A stretch of 64,000 bases of DNA. It comes from an uncultured Chloroflexia bacterium. GTDB taxonomy: Bacteria > Chloroflexota > Limnocylindria > Limnocylindrales > CSP1-4. Both the position numbers and the translations under genes were made by a program. This document shows, one piece after another, positions 30,443 to 38,914 of this stretch (positions are counted from its first letter, which is position 1; each line of letters begins with the position of its first letter). The notes beneath the pieces were generated by a model that saw only the letters and a program-made list of their open reading frames with translations, did no database searches and was not told the DNA's origin. Location: positions 1,152,001-1,216,000 of the forward strand of contig CAWEYL010000001.1 of the NCBI GenBank assembly GCA_963813335.1. The letters are read 5' to 3'.

Positions 30443-31840
30443 ATGTCGGGACGTCCGACACGCGTCGCCACCGCCGGCCAGCTCGCGCTCGAGCTGCCGA
30501 TCGAGCTGCCCGCGATCGAGCTCGCGCCCGAGTGGAAGGACCAGCAGCGCCTGTGGGGCCACCCGTTCCACCCGATGTGCTCGTACCTGGCGAGCTTCCC
30601 GGCGGCGCTCACCCACGCCTTCATCGCCCGCTACTCGCGGCCGGGTGACGTGGTCCTCGACCCGTTCTCGGGCCGCGGCACCACGCCGCTGCAGGCCTGC
30701 GCCGAGGGACGCATCGGCGTCGGCAACGACCTCAATCCGTTCGCCCACCTCCTGACCGCCGCCAAGGTCGAGCCCGCGACCCGGGCCGAGGCATCGACCC
30801 GCCTCGCCTCGCTGCGGCTGGGCTGGAACGCGGGCGCCGCCGGCTGGACCGCCCTCGCGGAATGCGTGATCGCCGATCCGGCCGCCTCGTCCTCGCTGGT
30901 GCCGGTCGCCGGCTCGCTCGCCGGGCCGGGAGACGGCGCGGAGTCCGTCCCCGCCGAGGTCGCGCTCGCGTTCCACCCGCGGACGCTCGGGCAGCTGCTG
31001 TTCGTCCGCTCCGCGCTGCGGCTCGACGACCGGACCGACCGCTTCCTGGCCGCCGCGATCACCGGGATCCTCCACGGCAAGAGCGCCTCGTACCTCTCGG
31101 AGCTGATGCCGAACACCTTCAGCATGGCCCCGCGCTACGTGCGCGACTTCGCCAAGCGCAACGCCTTCGCCTCCCCGGAGCGGGACGTCTTCGACGGGCT
31201 GTCGAAGAAGCTCGACCGGCTGTACCGCGGCGTGCCGCCGTCGATGCAGGGGATCGCCCTCCTCGGCGACGCCCGCGATGTGGCGCCGCGGGCCCGCGCC
31301 GCGCTGCGCGAGCGCGGCCGCCCGGAGCAGGCCCGGCTCGTGGTCACCTCGCCGCCGTACCTGCGGGTCGTCAAGTACGGCTACTACAACTGGCTGCGGA
31401 CCTGGTTCCTGGGCTTCGACGCGCGCGAGATCGACGCGACGCTCGACGACGCCCATCACCGCGAGCCGTACCTGCTGTTCCTGCGCGATGTCCTCGCCGG
31501 CCTCCGCCCCATCCTGACCGACGACGCCGTCGTCGTGCTGGTCATCGGGGACGTCGAGACGGACCGCGGCCGGCGGATCAGGGGCGGGGTCGGCCTTGCC
31601 GAGCGGACCTGGGAGGCCGCCGCCGAGCCCGAGGGCTACCGCCTGGCTGGCGTGGCCCTGGACGACGTCGCGGCCACCCGGAAGATGACCAAGCTGTGGG
31701 GCGACGAGGCCGGGCGGGCCACCAAGACCGACCGGATCCTGGTGCTGGGCGCCACGGAGGCCGGTCGCCGTCGCGCGCTCGCGGGCGCCTCGAACGACGT
31801 CGACTGGACCTGGCCGCCGAGGGCGCTCCGCGCCATCTAG
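30443..31840 (+). CDS. Orphan amino-DNA methyltransferase (probably N4-cytosine; motif I before motif IV)
   Basis: HPMCSYLASFP, LDPFSGRGTT (SAM binding), VTSPPY (catalytic); GGGAGGAG RBS; TGcTACACT promoter at 30375-30383. Confidence 0.88.
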   Translation: MSGRPTRVATAGQLALELPIELPAIELAPEWKDQQRLWGHPFHPMCSYLASFPAALTHAFIARYSRPGDVVLDPFSGRGTTPLQACAEGRIGVGNDLNPFAHLLTAAKVEPATRAEASTRLASLRLGWNAGAAGWTALAECVIADPAASSSLVPVAGSLAGPGDGAESVPAEVALAFHPRTLGQLLFVRSALRLDDRTDRFLAAAITGILHGKSASYLSELMPNTFSMAPRYVRDFAKRNAFASPERDVFDGLSKKLDRLYRGVPPSMQGIALLGDARDVAPRARAALRERGRPEQARLVVTSPPYLRVVKYGYYNWLRTWFLGFDAREIDATLDDAHHREPYLLFLRDVLAGLRPILTDDAVVVLVIGDVETDRGRRIRGGVGLAERTWEAAAEPEGYRLAGVALDDVAATRKMTKLWGDEAGRATKTDRILVLGATEAGRRRALAGASNDVDWTWPPRALRAI

Positions 31841-31849
31841 AATGCCGCC

Positions 31850-32077
31850 ATGCGGCAGATGTACCACCCGTCCGACCTGGCCTCGATGGATCCGCTGGTC
31901 CTCATGAAGAACCTGGACCACGTGCGGATGACCAGCCGGCGGCTGAGCTACATCCTCCAGCAGCAGGTCCACCTGTACACCCCCGAGGCGAACCAGCTCC
32001 GCGAGCAGATCGACACCTACGTCGACGCGGAACGCCAGATCGAGGGCGAGATGGCGAGGCGCAGGATCCGCGCCTGA
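31850..32077 (+). CDS. Hypothetical 75-aa helical/coiled-coil protein
   Basis: Strong GC3 codon bias; TAGAAT 6 nt upstream of ATG. Confidence 0.75.
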   Translation: MRQMYHPSDLASMDPLVLMKNLDHVRMTSRRLSYILQQQVHLYTPEANQLREQIDTYVDAERQIEGEMARRRIRA

Positions 32078-32096
32078 CCGAGGGCGCCCGGCCCCC

Positions 32097-32546
32097 TCAG
32101 GCGGGGGCGGGCGCGAGGCGGATCGGCACGTCGAAGGATCGCTCGGACGGCTCGACCGCGGGATCGGCCGCCCTGGTCGGCACGACCTCCGCGGTCACAG
32201 GCGCCGCGACGGCAGCCTCGTCGTCCACCGCCGCCGCGGCGGTCCCCGGGCCGACGGCCAGCGGCTCGGCCACGATCGCGACGGCCACCGGCCGACGCAT
32301 CGCCTGCTCCTCCGCGATCACCTTCGCGGCGAGCCCGGCCAGACCCGGCATGTCGAAGAGGCTGAACCCGATACCCAGGCCGGCCAGCTCATCGGTGCTC
32401 ATCCCGCGGAACTTCCCGCGGGCTGCGACGGCGCACATCTCGTCGTAGAGCTCCGGCCAGCCGACACGTCGACGGCGGTAGCAGAACCGCACGAACTCGA
32501 CCGCGTCGGGGTCCGGTGTGCGCAGGCTCGCGCCGTGAGCGTCCAT
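32097..32546 (-). CDS. Hypothetical protein (FVRFCYRRRRVGWPELYDEMCAVA core, Ala/Pro-rich tail)
   Basis: GGAGG RBS before ATG 32546; globular ~85-aa core with good codon bias. Confidence 0.75.
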   Translation of the reverse strand: MDAHGASLRTPDPDAVEFVRFCYRRRRVGWPELYDEMCAVAARGKFRGMSTDELAGLGIGFSLFDMPGLAGLAAKVIAEEQAMRRPVAVAIVAEPLAVGPGTAAAAVDDEAAVAAPVTAEVVPTRAADPAVEPSERSFDVPIRLAPAPA

Positions 32547-32749
32547 CGATTCGCGCGCCCTCCCTCGACCTCCGCAGGCCGGCCGATGACCGGGCGACGG
32601 AGGCAATACGAAACTCGTCCGACGGTCGGACGGATCGGATCCGCCCGCCGGAACATGGCCCCGGACGGTCCGGTCGCCGCATCCCTCGGGTCGATCGGCG
32701 ACTGGTTGCCGACTATCGTAGGACCGCACCCCATCGGCGGGAAGGGGGC

Positions 32750-32782
32750 TTGTCCACGACTTCGTCCACCAACTTATCCACA
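32750..32782 (+). promoter_or_regulatory. Three tandem DnaA boxes with 12-bp period
   Basis: TTGTCCACG (32750), TCGTCCACC (32762), perfect TTATCCACA (32774). Confidence 0.75.
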
Positions 32783-32783
32783 T

Positions 32784-32810
32784 GAACGCGCGTTCGGCGA
32801 ACGGGCGTTC
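32784..32810. promoter_or_regulatory. Two tandem LexA (SOS/Cheo) boxes GAAC-N4-GTTC
   Basis: GAACGCGCGTTC (32784-32795) and GAACGGGCGTTC (32799-32810). Confidence 0.7.
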
Positions 32811-32819
32811 CCAACGTGC

Positions 32820-33872
32820 TCAGGCGACGGATCGGGCCAGTCCCAGGCCGGGAGCAGCCGGCAGGATCCAGCGGTGGTCGCCGCCGAGGACCAGCCCCTC
32901 GAAGGGGTCGTCGGCCAGCAGCAGGCAGCCGTCGAGGTCGACCCAGTCCGCGAGCGACGCGACCGCCGCCGAGCCGGCGATCCCGACCGACGTCTCCTCC
33001 ATGCAGCCGAGGAACGTGCGGAAGCCGAGGTGGCGGGCGCGCTCGAGCATCGCCTTCGCCGGCGGCGATGCCGCCGCACTTGGCCAGCTTGACGTTGACC
33101 CCCTCGACGACCCCGACGAGCGAGTCGAGGTCCTCGTAGGTCACGGCGCTCTCGTCCGCCACGATCGGGATCGAGGAGCGCTCCTGGAGCCACGCGAGGT
33201 CGCGGTAGCGCGCGGGCCTGGAACGGCTGCTCGATGAGCTCGACGCCGAGCGCGACGATCTCGGGCAGCAGGCGCTCGGCATCGTCGCGCGTCCAGCCGG
33301 TGTTGGCATCGACCCGGATCGGCCCGCCGAAGACCTCGCGGACGGCGCGCAGCGTGGCGAGGTCCTGCGGCCCGCCGAGCTTGATCTTGAGCGCGGGGAA
33401 GGCGGCGGCCCGGGCCGCCCGCTCGGCGACGACCTCCGGCTCGTCGATGCCGATCGTGAAGTCGGTCGGCGGGATCGCCGGCGGGCAGCCGGATCAGCTC
33501 GTGCACCGGGATCCCGAGGACCTTGCCCACGAAGTCGTGCAGGGCGATGTCGACGGCGCACTTGGCCGCGCCGTTCCAGCGGATGGCGCGGTCCATGCGG
33601 GCCATCTCCTCGACCAGGCCCGTCGAGGTGCAGGCGGGCTCGCCGATCGCGGCGAGGAGGGTCGGCATCACCGCGACCATCGACTCGGGCGTCTCGCCGT
33701 AGAAGCGGTCGGGGTAGCCCTCGCCCAGGCCGACGATCCCCGGGTAGCGCTCGTCGCGCAGCTCGATGACCACCGTCGTCACGCCCTCGCCCGTGTGGTG
33801 ATCCGTGCGGGCGATGCGGAACGGGTCGCGCAGCGAGAGGTGCAGGACCTCGTGGCTGACGGTCAGACCCAT
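32820..33872 (-). CDS. L-Ala-D/L-Glu dipeptide epimerase family (enolase superfamily, DgcA-like); several frameshifts
   Basis: LRDPFRIAR, AVDIALHD, KIKLG, RVDANTGW, IEQP, ADES, NVKLAKCGG, GCMEET, VDLDG. Confidence 0.88.
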
Positions 33873-34945
33873 GGCAGTGCATCCACGGCGTCGCGGATCG
33901 AGGCCCACAGGCGGTCGGCCCCGAAGCGGACCGGGTCGTCCGCCGGCAGGCCCGTGAGCTCGGCCACCTCGGCGATCAGCCGCCGCGCGTCGGCGTCGTC
34001 GCGATAGCGCGAGGTGTTCAGGGCCACGGCCACCACCTTCGACGGGGCGACCAGCCCGGCGACCTGCTCATGCAAGGCGATGAACTCGGGGAGTGGCGCG
34101 ATAGGGAATGTCACGTCGGGCAGGTGGTCGAAGTCGTGGTCGGTCATCCCGGGCTTGTAGACCATGATCATGGCCTGCGGGGTCGCGCCGTGGATGAGCC
34201 CGAGCGTCACCGAGGAATAGGCCGGGTGGTCCAGCGAACCCTGGCCCTCGACGAGGAGCCAGTCCCCCTGCGCCTCGCCCTGCTCGACGAGCCACTCGAC
34301 CGTGCCCTGGGTGAAGTCGCTGACCAGCCGGTCCACCGCGACGCCCCAGCCCTCGATCATCATCCCGGTCTGCCCGGTCGGCACGAAGACCGCGGACTGC
34401 CCGGCGGCCTTGGCGGCCTTGCGCAGCTCCAGGGCGACCGACATCTTGCCGATCGCGCAGTCCGTGGCGACGGTCAGGATCACCCGCTTCCCGGGGGCAT
34501 GGCGCCGCCCGACGGCGGTCTCCATCCGCTCGGGCGGGCGCCGGTAGTCGACGATGGCGGTCCCGCGGGCCGCGGCCGCGGCCGCGAACTCGGGGTCGTC
34601 GCCGATGAACGTGTGGAGGCCGCTCAGGACGTCGAGCCCGGCCGCGATGGCGGCGAGGATCGTGGCGCGCCATTCGGACGGGAGCTTCCCGCCGGTCGGG
34701 GCGATGCCGATCAGCAGGGCGTCGGGCGGCTCGGGTAGGGCGAGCGCCTCCCCCAGCGTCGCCACGATCGGGATGTCGTGGCCCGGGAGGAACTCCGCGA
34801 CGCTGCGGCCCGCCTGGGTGGAGTCCAGCACGGCGACGACGCGGTCGCGCCCGTAGCGGATCACCCCATAGGCGGTCTTGGCATGGTGTTCGCCGAATTG
34901 GCCCTCGGTGAGGACGAGGAGACGGCGCGGTTCGTAGGGAGGCAT
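33863..34945 (-). CDS. DUF1611 protein (DgcN-like N-acetyltransferase)
   Basis: AKTAYGVIRY, GIAPTGGKLP, SGLH, TDCAIGKM, TGQTG, VEGQGSL.HPAYS. Confidence 0.92.
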   Translation of the reverse strand: MPPYEPRRLLVLTEGQFGEHHAKTAYGVIRYGRDRVVAVLDSTQAGRSVAEFLPGHDIPIVATLGEALALPEPPDALLIGIAPTGGKLPSEWRATILAAIAAGLDVLSGLHTFIGDDPEFAAAAAARGTAIVDYRRPPERMETAVGRRHAPGKRVILTVATDCAIGKMSVALELRKAAKAAGQSAVFVPTGQTGMMIEGWGVAVDRLVSDFTQGTVEWLVEQGEAQGDWLLVEGQGSLDHPAYSSVTLGLIHGATPQAMIMVYKPGMTDHDFDHLPDVTFPIAPLPEFIALHEQVAGLVAPSKVVAVALNTSRYRDDADARRLIAEVAELTGLPADDPVRFGADRLWASIRDAVDALPWV

Positions 34946-35411
34946 CCGCGGAGTCTACGAAAATCGAGGCCTCGGACGTGTGCGGTTCGACACGGCACCC
35001 ACGTCACTGGGCCGCGACCCAGACCGGCGTCTGCGGGAAGATGTCGTTGTTCGGCTCGGGATGCCACAGGATCCGGATGTCCGAGCCGTCCGGGCGCATC
35101 GTCGCGAGGCCGACGAAGTGGGAGCCTTAAGGCCCATTCGCCGAACGGGTGGAGGTCCGCGAGTCACGCGTCGCGTGCGGACAGCCGTCCTCACCTACCC
35201 CTGCGTCCGTCAGTCGAGCCGGCGAGTGCCTTCCTTTGTGCGCTTCGTGGTGCAGAGGTGTGCGGTTTGAGGTATTGCAATGCCACCTGTCTGACACGAC
35301 GATGACAACGGGGTGCGACATGCACAACCCTGGATACGGCCCAGGCAGACGAATTTGGCTTGTCTCCCGCGTCACCGCCTCGCTGAGCGTCATCGTGCAC
35401 GCGGTCATTCG

Positions 35412-36182
35412 ATGAACGGCACTGCGCTCGCTCCTGTCAGCGCGCGCTGGGGTCGCCCGCTCCTGTTCGGGCTCACGATCAGCATCGGCCTGATCGCCAT
35501 CGCATTCGGCGCGGTGATGCTGCGGGCCACGCTCCGCGAGGGCGCACTTGCCATCGACTACCGGCTGTGGCTCACCATCGCCGACCGTTGGATCGCGACA
35601 GGCTCCATGTACGACCCTGGCCAGATCGCGGGTCCGTTCGACCCGCAGCCGATGGGCTGGACGACGATGGCCGCGCTGCCGAGCCTGTACCCGCCGCCGG
35701 CGATATTCCTGTTCCTGGCGTGCCGATTCATGCCTACGTTGCTGTGGTGGGCCATCCCGGTCGCCATCATCGCGTGGTCGGTCGCCGATCGCCGCCCGGC
35801 GGTGTGGACGTGGCCGCTCATGGCCGCGTGTTTCCTGTTCCCCTCCACATGGGTCATGTTCTGGGTCGGTAGCACGACGATGTGGGTCGTCGCCTTTGCG
35901 GCGCTGGCCCTCCGCTTCGGCTGGCCCGGCGTGATCATCCTGCTAAAGCCGTCCCTCGCGCCGTTCGCGCTCATCGGGATCCGCCGACGCTCGTGGTGGA
36001 TCGCGCTCACCGTATGGTGCGCGCTCGCGGTCATGATGCTCCCGGCGTGGCTCGACTACCTCGCCGTCGTTCGCAACGCGGGCGTCGGTCTCGGGTACTC
36101 GGTCGCGAACCTGCCGGCCATTGCGGTTCCGATCATCGCGTACCTCGGGCGTCAGGAGAACGGGCCTACGACCATCGAGTGA
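35412..36182 (+). CDS. GT-C membrane glycosyltransferase (family 87 / PimE-like)
   Basis: AIDY, LYPPPA, LLKP motifs; multiple TM helices; weaker GC3 bias. Confidence 0.65.
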   Translation: MNGTALAPVSARWGRPLLFGLTISIGLIAIAFGAVMLRATLREGALAIDYRLWLTIADRWIATGSMYDPGQIAGPFDPQPMGWTTMAALPSLYPPPAIFLFLACRFMPTLLWWAIPVAIIAWSVADRRPAVWTWPLMAACFLFPSTWVMFWVGSTTMWVVAFAALALRFGWPGVIILLKPSLAPFALIGIRRRSWWIALTVWCALAVMMLPAWLDYLAVVRNAGVGLGYSVANLPAIAVPIIAYLGRQENGPTTIE

Positions 36183-36369
36183 CGGTCCTCGCGACGGCCG
36201 ACCGGCCGACCCGGAACGGTGGACGATCGCCGCCGCGGCCCGGGCCGCCGGTCTCAGGGGCCAGACGGGTCCGACGTGGTGGCGCCATACGCGAACCGGT
36301 GTCCTCACGGACCGCTCAAGCCCGGTTCCTTACCAGGCCAAGTACATGGTTCACACAGGGGTCGAAAAC

Positions 36370-36446
36370 TGGTACCGCATACCGGATTCGAACCGGTGAT
36401 CTCCGCCTTGAGAGGGCGGTGTCCTGGGCCTCTAGACGAATGCGGC
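36370..36446 (-). tRNA. tRNA-Glu (anticodon CTC), CCA encoded
   Basis: GCCGCATTCGTCTAGAGGCCCAGGACACCGCCCTCTCAAGGCGGAGATCACCGGTTCGAATCCGGTATGCGGTACCA; extended -10 TGGTATCAT upstream. Confidence 0.97.
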
Positions 36447-36493
36447 GCAGGTGGTCGGGGCGTTCCCCCGGACCGGCTGCGGATGATACCAGC

Positions 36494-37384
36494 CTAGAGG
36501 CGGTTGGTCTCCAGGAACGCCCGGATCGCCTCGGCGACCTGCTGGTGGCTGGCCTCGCCGAGCACCAGCCCGTAGTGCGAGTGGGCGCCGAACGGCTCGT
36601 ACTCCGCATCGAGCCACTCGGCGAGGCGCTCGGAGTCGTCGGCCGGGACGGCCTGGTCGATGCCGCCGCCGATCACCAGCCGCGGCACGGCCTCGACGCC
36701 GCGCCGGTCGACCGACACGCCCGCCAGCATCTGGCGGCGGGCCGCCCCGGCCTCGTGCGGCTTCTGCCCGAGGAGGTGCTGGACGCGGAGCACGTCGGCG
36801 AGGGTCAGGTCGCGATGGTCGCGGAGCAGCTTCTCGGGCAGCGTCTCCCAGCCGATCATCGAGCGCCCGTAGACCTCGGGGATCTCGCGCAGCTCGTACG
36901 GACGTGCTGCCGGGCGCAGCTCGCGCGGCAGCTCGGCGCTGATGAGGACGATCCCGGACAGCGGCATCCGCTCGGCGGCCTTCAGCGCGAGCAGCCCGCC
37001 CATCCCGTGCCCGACCACCACCGTCGAGGGCCCCAGCCGCTCGAGCGCGGCGACCACGTCCTCCGTGTAGGTGTCGAAGGAGAGGTTGGCCGGGTCCGCG
37101 GTCAGCGACCAGAAGTGGTTGCGCAGGTTGAGCGCATGGCCCTCCCAGCCGCGTCCGGCGAAGTAGCCGAGGTAGCGCTCCCACAGCCACGAGCCCGTCA
37201 GCTCGCCGTGGATGAACAGGAGCGGCTTGCGCCGCGAGCGGCGCTCCGGCAGCCACGATTCGATGTAGAGCCCACGCTCGTGGAGCTCGATCTCGTCCTT
37301 GCGGATCGGTCGGCCGTTGACCGGCGGGAGCTGGGCCTGGGCGAGGATCGCGTCGGGGGTCTGGTCGTGCAACGGGCTCACCAT
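36494..37384 (-). CDS. Alpha/beta hydrolase-fold protein lacking the catalytic Ser (GHGMGG)
   Basis: LLFIHG, LNLRNH, VVGHGMGG, GIDQAV, HSHYG. Confidence 0.85.
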   Translation of the reverse strand: MVSPLHDQTPDAILAQAQLPPVNGRPIRKDEIELHERGLYIESWLPERRSRRKPLLFIHGELTGSWLWERYLGYFAGRGWEGHALNLRNHFWSLTADPANLSFDTYTEDVVAALERLGPSTVVVGHGMGGLLALKAAERMPLSGIVLISAELPRELRPAARPYELREIPEVYGRSMIGWETLPEKLLRDHRDLTLADVLRVQHLLGQKPHEAGAARRQMLAGVSVDRRGVEAVPRLVIGGGIDQAVPADDSERLAEWLDAEYEPFGAHSHYGLVLGEASHQQVAEAIRAFLETNRL

Positions 37385-38700
37385 TCGTGCGGGTTGATGA
37401 GGAGGCCGGTCAGGGCCTTGGGGTAGAAGTACGTGGACTTCTGGGGCATGACGTCGCCGTCGAGGGCCACCGCGGCGATCGACGCCACCGGGGTCGGCTC
37501 CAGCAGGAACGCCGCGGCGACGCCATCGGCGCCCCGGTCGACCCGGTCGATGGCATCGGCCGCCGACTTCGTGAACGCGACGGCACCGCCGGCGAGGGCC
37601 GCGGCATCGATCCCGAGCAGCCGGTCGAGGGCGACCGCGAGCAGGACCACGTCGAGGCGCCGCAGGGCGTCGCCACCGCTCGGCAGGGACGGCTCGAAGG
37701 CGTCGCGGCGGGCGACCAGGCGGGCGCCGCCGGCGCAGGTCCACAACCCGAAGCGGCCCTCGCCGCCGGCCGCGAGGCCGGCCGCCTCGAACTCGGCGCG
37801 GAGCGCGTCCGCCGACACGCCGCGCTCGATGTCGAACAGCTCGCCGGCGCGTTCGAGCAGGCCCGCGGCCGCGTCCCCGTCGAGGCCGCGGACGAGGCGG
37901 TGGGTCGGCAGCACCGTCAGCGGCTCTCCGTTCGCCGGCAGGAAGAGCATCAGCAGGTAGTCGAAGGCGGGGTCCTCCTCGCACGAGCGGCTCATCCGCC
38001 GCTCGTCCCGGTAGCGGAGGGCCGTCTCGTAGCGATGGTGGCCGTCGGCGATGGTCACCGGCCCGGCTCCGGCGGCGGCCGTGATCGCGGCCACCTCGCC
38101 CGCGAGCGGGCCGTCGGCGGGGACCGGCCACAGGCGATGGCGGACGCCGTCGTCGTCGAGGACGTCGACCTCGGGCAGCCCGTCGCTCAGCGCGGCCAGG
38201 CGCCGGCCGACGTCGGACCCGGGGTCCTCGAACAGGCCGATCACGGGGCTCGTGTTCACCCCGGTGGCGCGCAGCAGCTTGTAGCGGTCCTCCTTGGGAC
38301 CGGACAGCGTGCGCTCGTGGGCCAGCACGCCGGTCTCCGCCCCGAACGGGCCGAGGCGGAGCCTGGCGAAGAAGCCCCGCTGGGTCCGCTCCACGTCCGT
38401 CCCGGGCACGCGGTAGGCCTGCTCGTAGACGTAGATGGATGGGTGTGGGTCCTTGCGCAGGATCCCGCCCGAGCGCCAGGCGGCAAGGGTCCGCGCGGCA
38501 CGGCGGTAGCGGTCGTCCGGCTCGTCGCCGGGCGCCTCGTCGGGCAGGTCGAGGCGGACCACGTTGGCCTCGTGGCGGGCGAGCAGGCGGGCATGCTCGT
38601 CGGCGCCGATGACGTCGTATGGCGGGGCGACGACCTGGGCGAGGTCGCCGACGGCGGATGGGTCGAAGCGCAGGGCGCGGAAGGGTCGGATCTCGGGCAC
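37378..38700 (-). CDS. DUF1015 family protein
   Basis: IRPFRALRF, APPYDVI, HERT, IADGHHRYET, LPTHRLV, MPQKSTYFYPK. Confidence 0.92.
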   Translation of the reverse strand: MPEIRPFRALRFDPSAVGDLAQVVAPPYDVIGADEHARLLARHEANVVRLDLPDEAPGDEPDDRYRRAARTLAAWRSGGILRKDPHPSIYVYEQAYRVPGTDVERTQRGFFARLRLGPFGAETGVLAHERTLSGPKEDRYKLLRATGVNTSPVIGLFEDPGSDVGRRLAALSDGLPEVDVLDDDGVRHRLWPVPADGPLAGEVAAITAAAGAGPVTIADGHHRYETALRYRDERRMSRSCEEDPAFDYLLMLFLPANGEPLTVLPTHRLVRGLDGDAAAGLLERAGELFDIERGVSADALRAEFEAAGLAAGGEGRFGLWTCAGGARLVARRDAFEPSLPSGGDALRRLDVVLLAVALDRLLGIDAAALAGGAVAFTKSAADAIDRVDRGADGVAAAFLLEPTPVASIAAVALDGDVMPQKSTYFYPKALTGLLINPHEW

Positions 38701-38914
38701 GGGACCTTCGGGTGACGGCGGCGTGGGCCGGGCGGGCGGCACCATCGGCCGAACGGCTGCGGGACGTGTGCATCGTACGATAGCGACGGCCTGGAGGGCG
38801 AGAGCCCGGCCGATCCACGGTCGCACGGGGGCGAGCGTGGGCACCGCTCGCAACTTTCCGACGGAGTGAGACGTCCTTGCTCCGATCACGACCCGTCCTC
38901 CGCTCGGAGTCCAT

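Noticed and set aside
32700-32820. DnaA-box cluster as oriC
   Set aside because: Only three boxes, no AT-rich unwinding element or DnaA-trio run, and no dnaA/dnaN nearby; fits a promoter operator better
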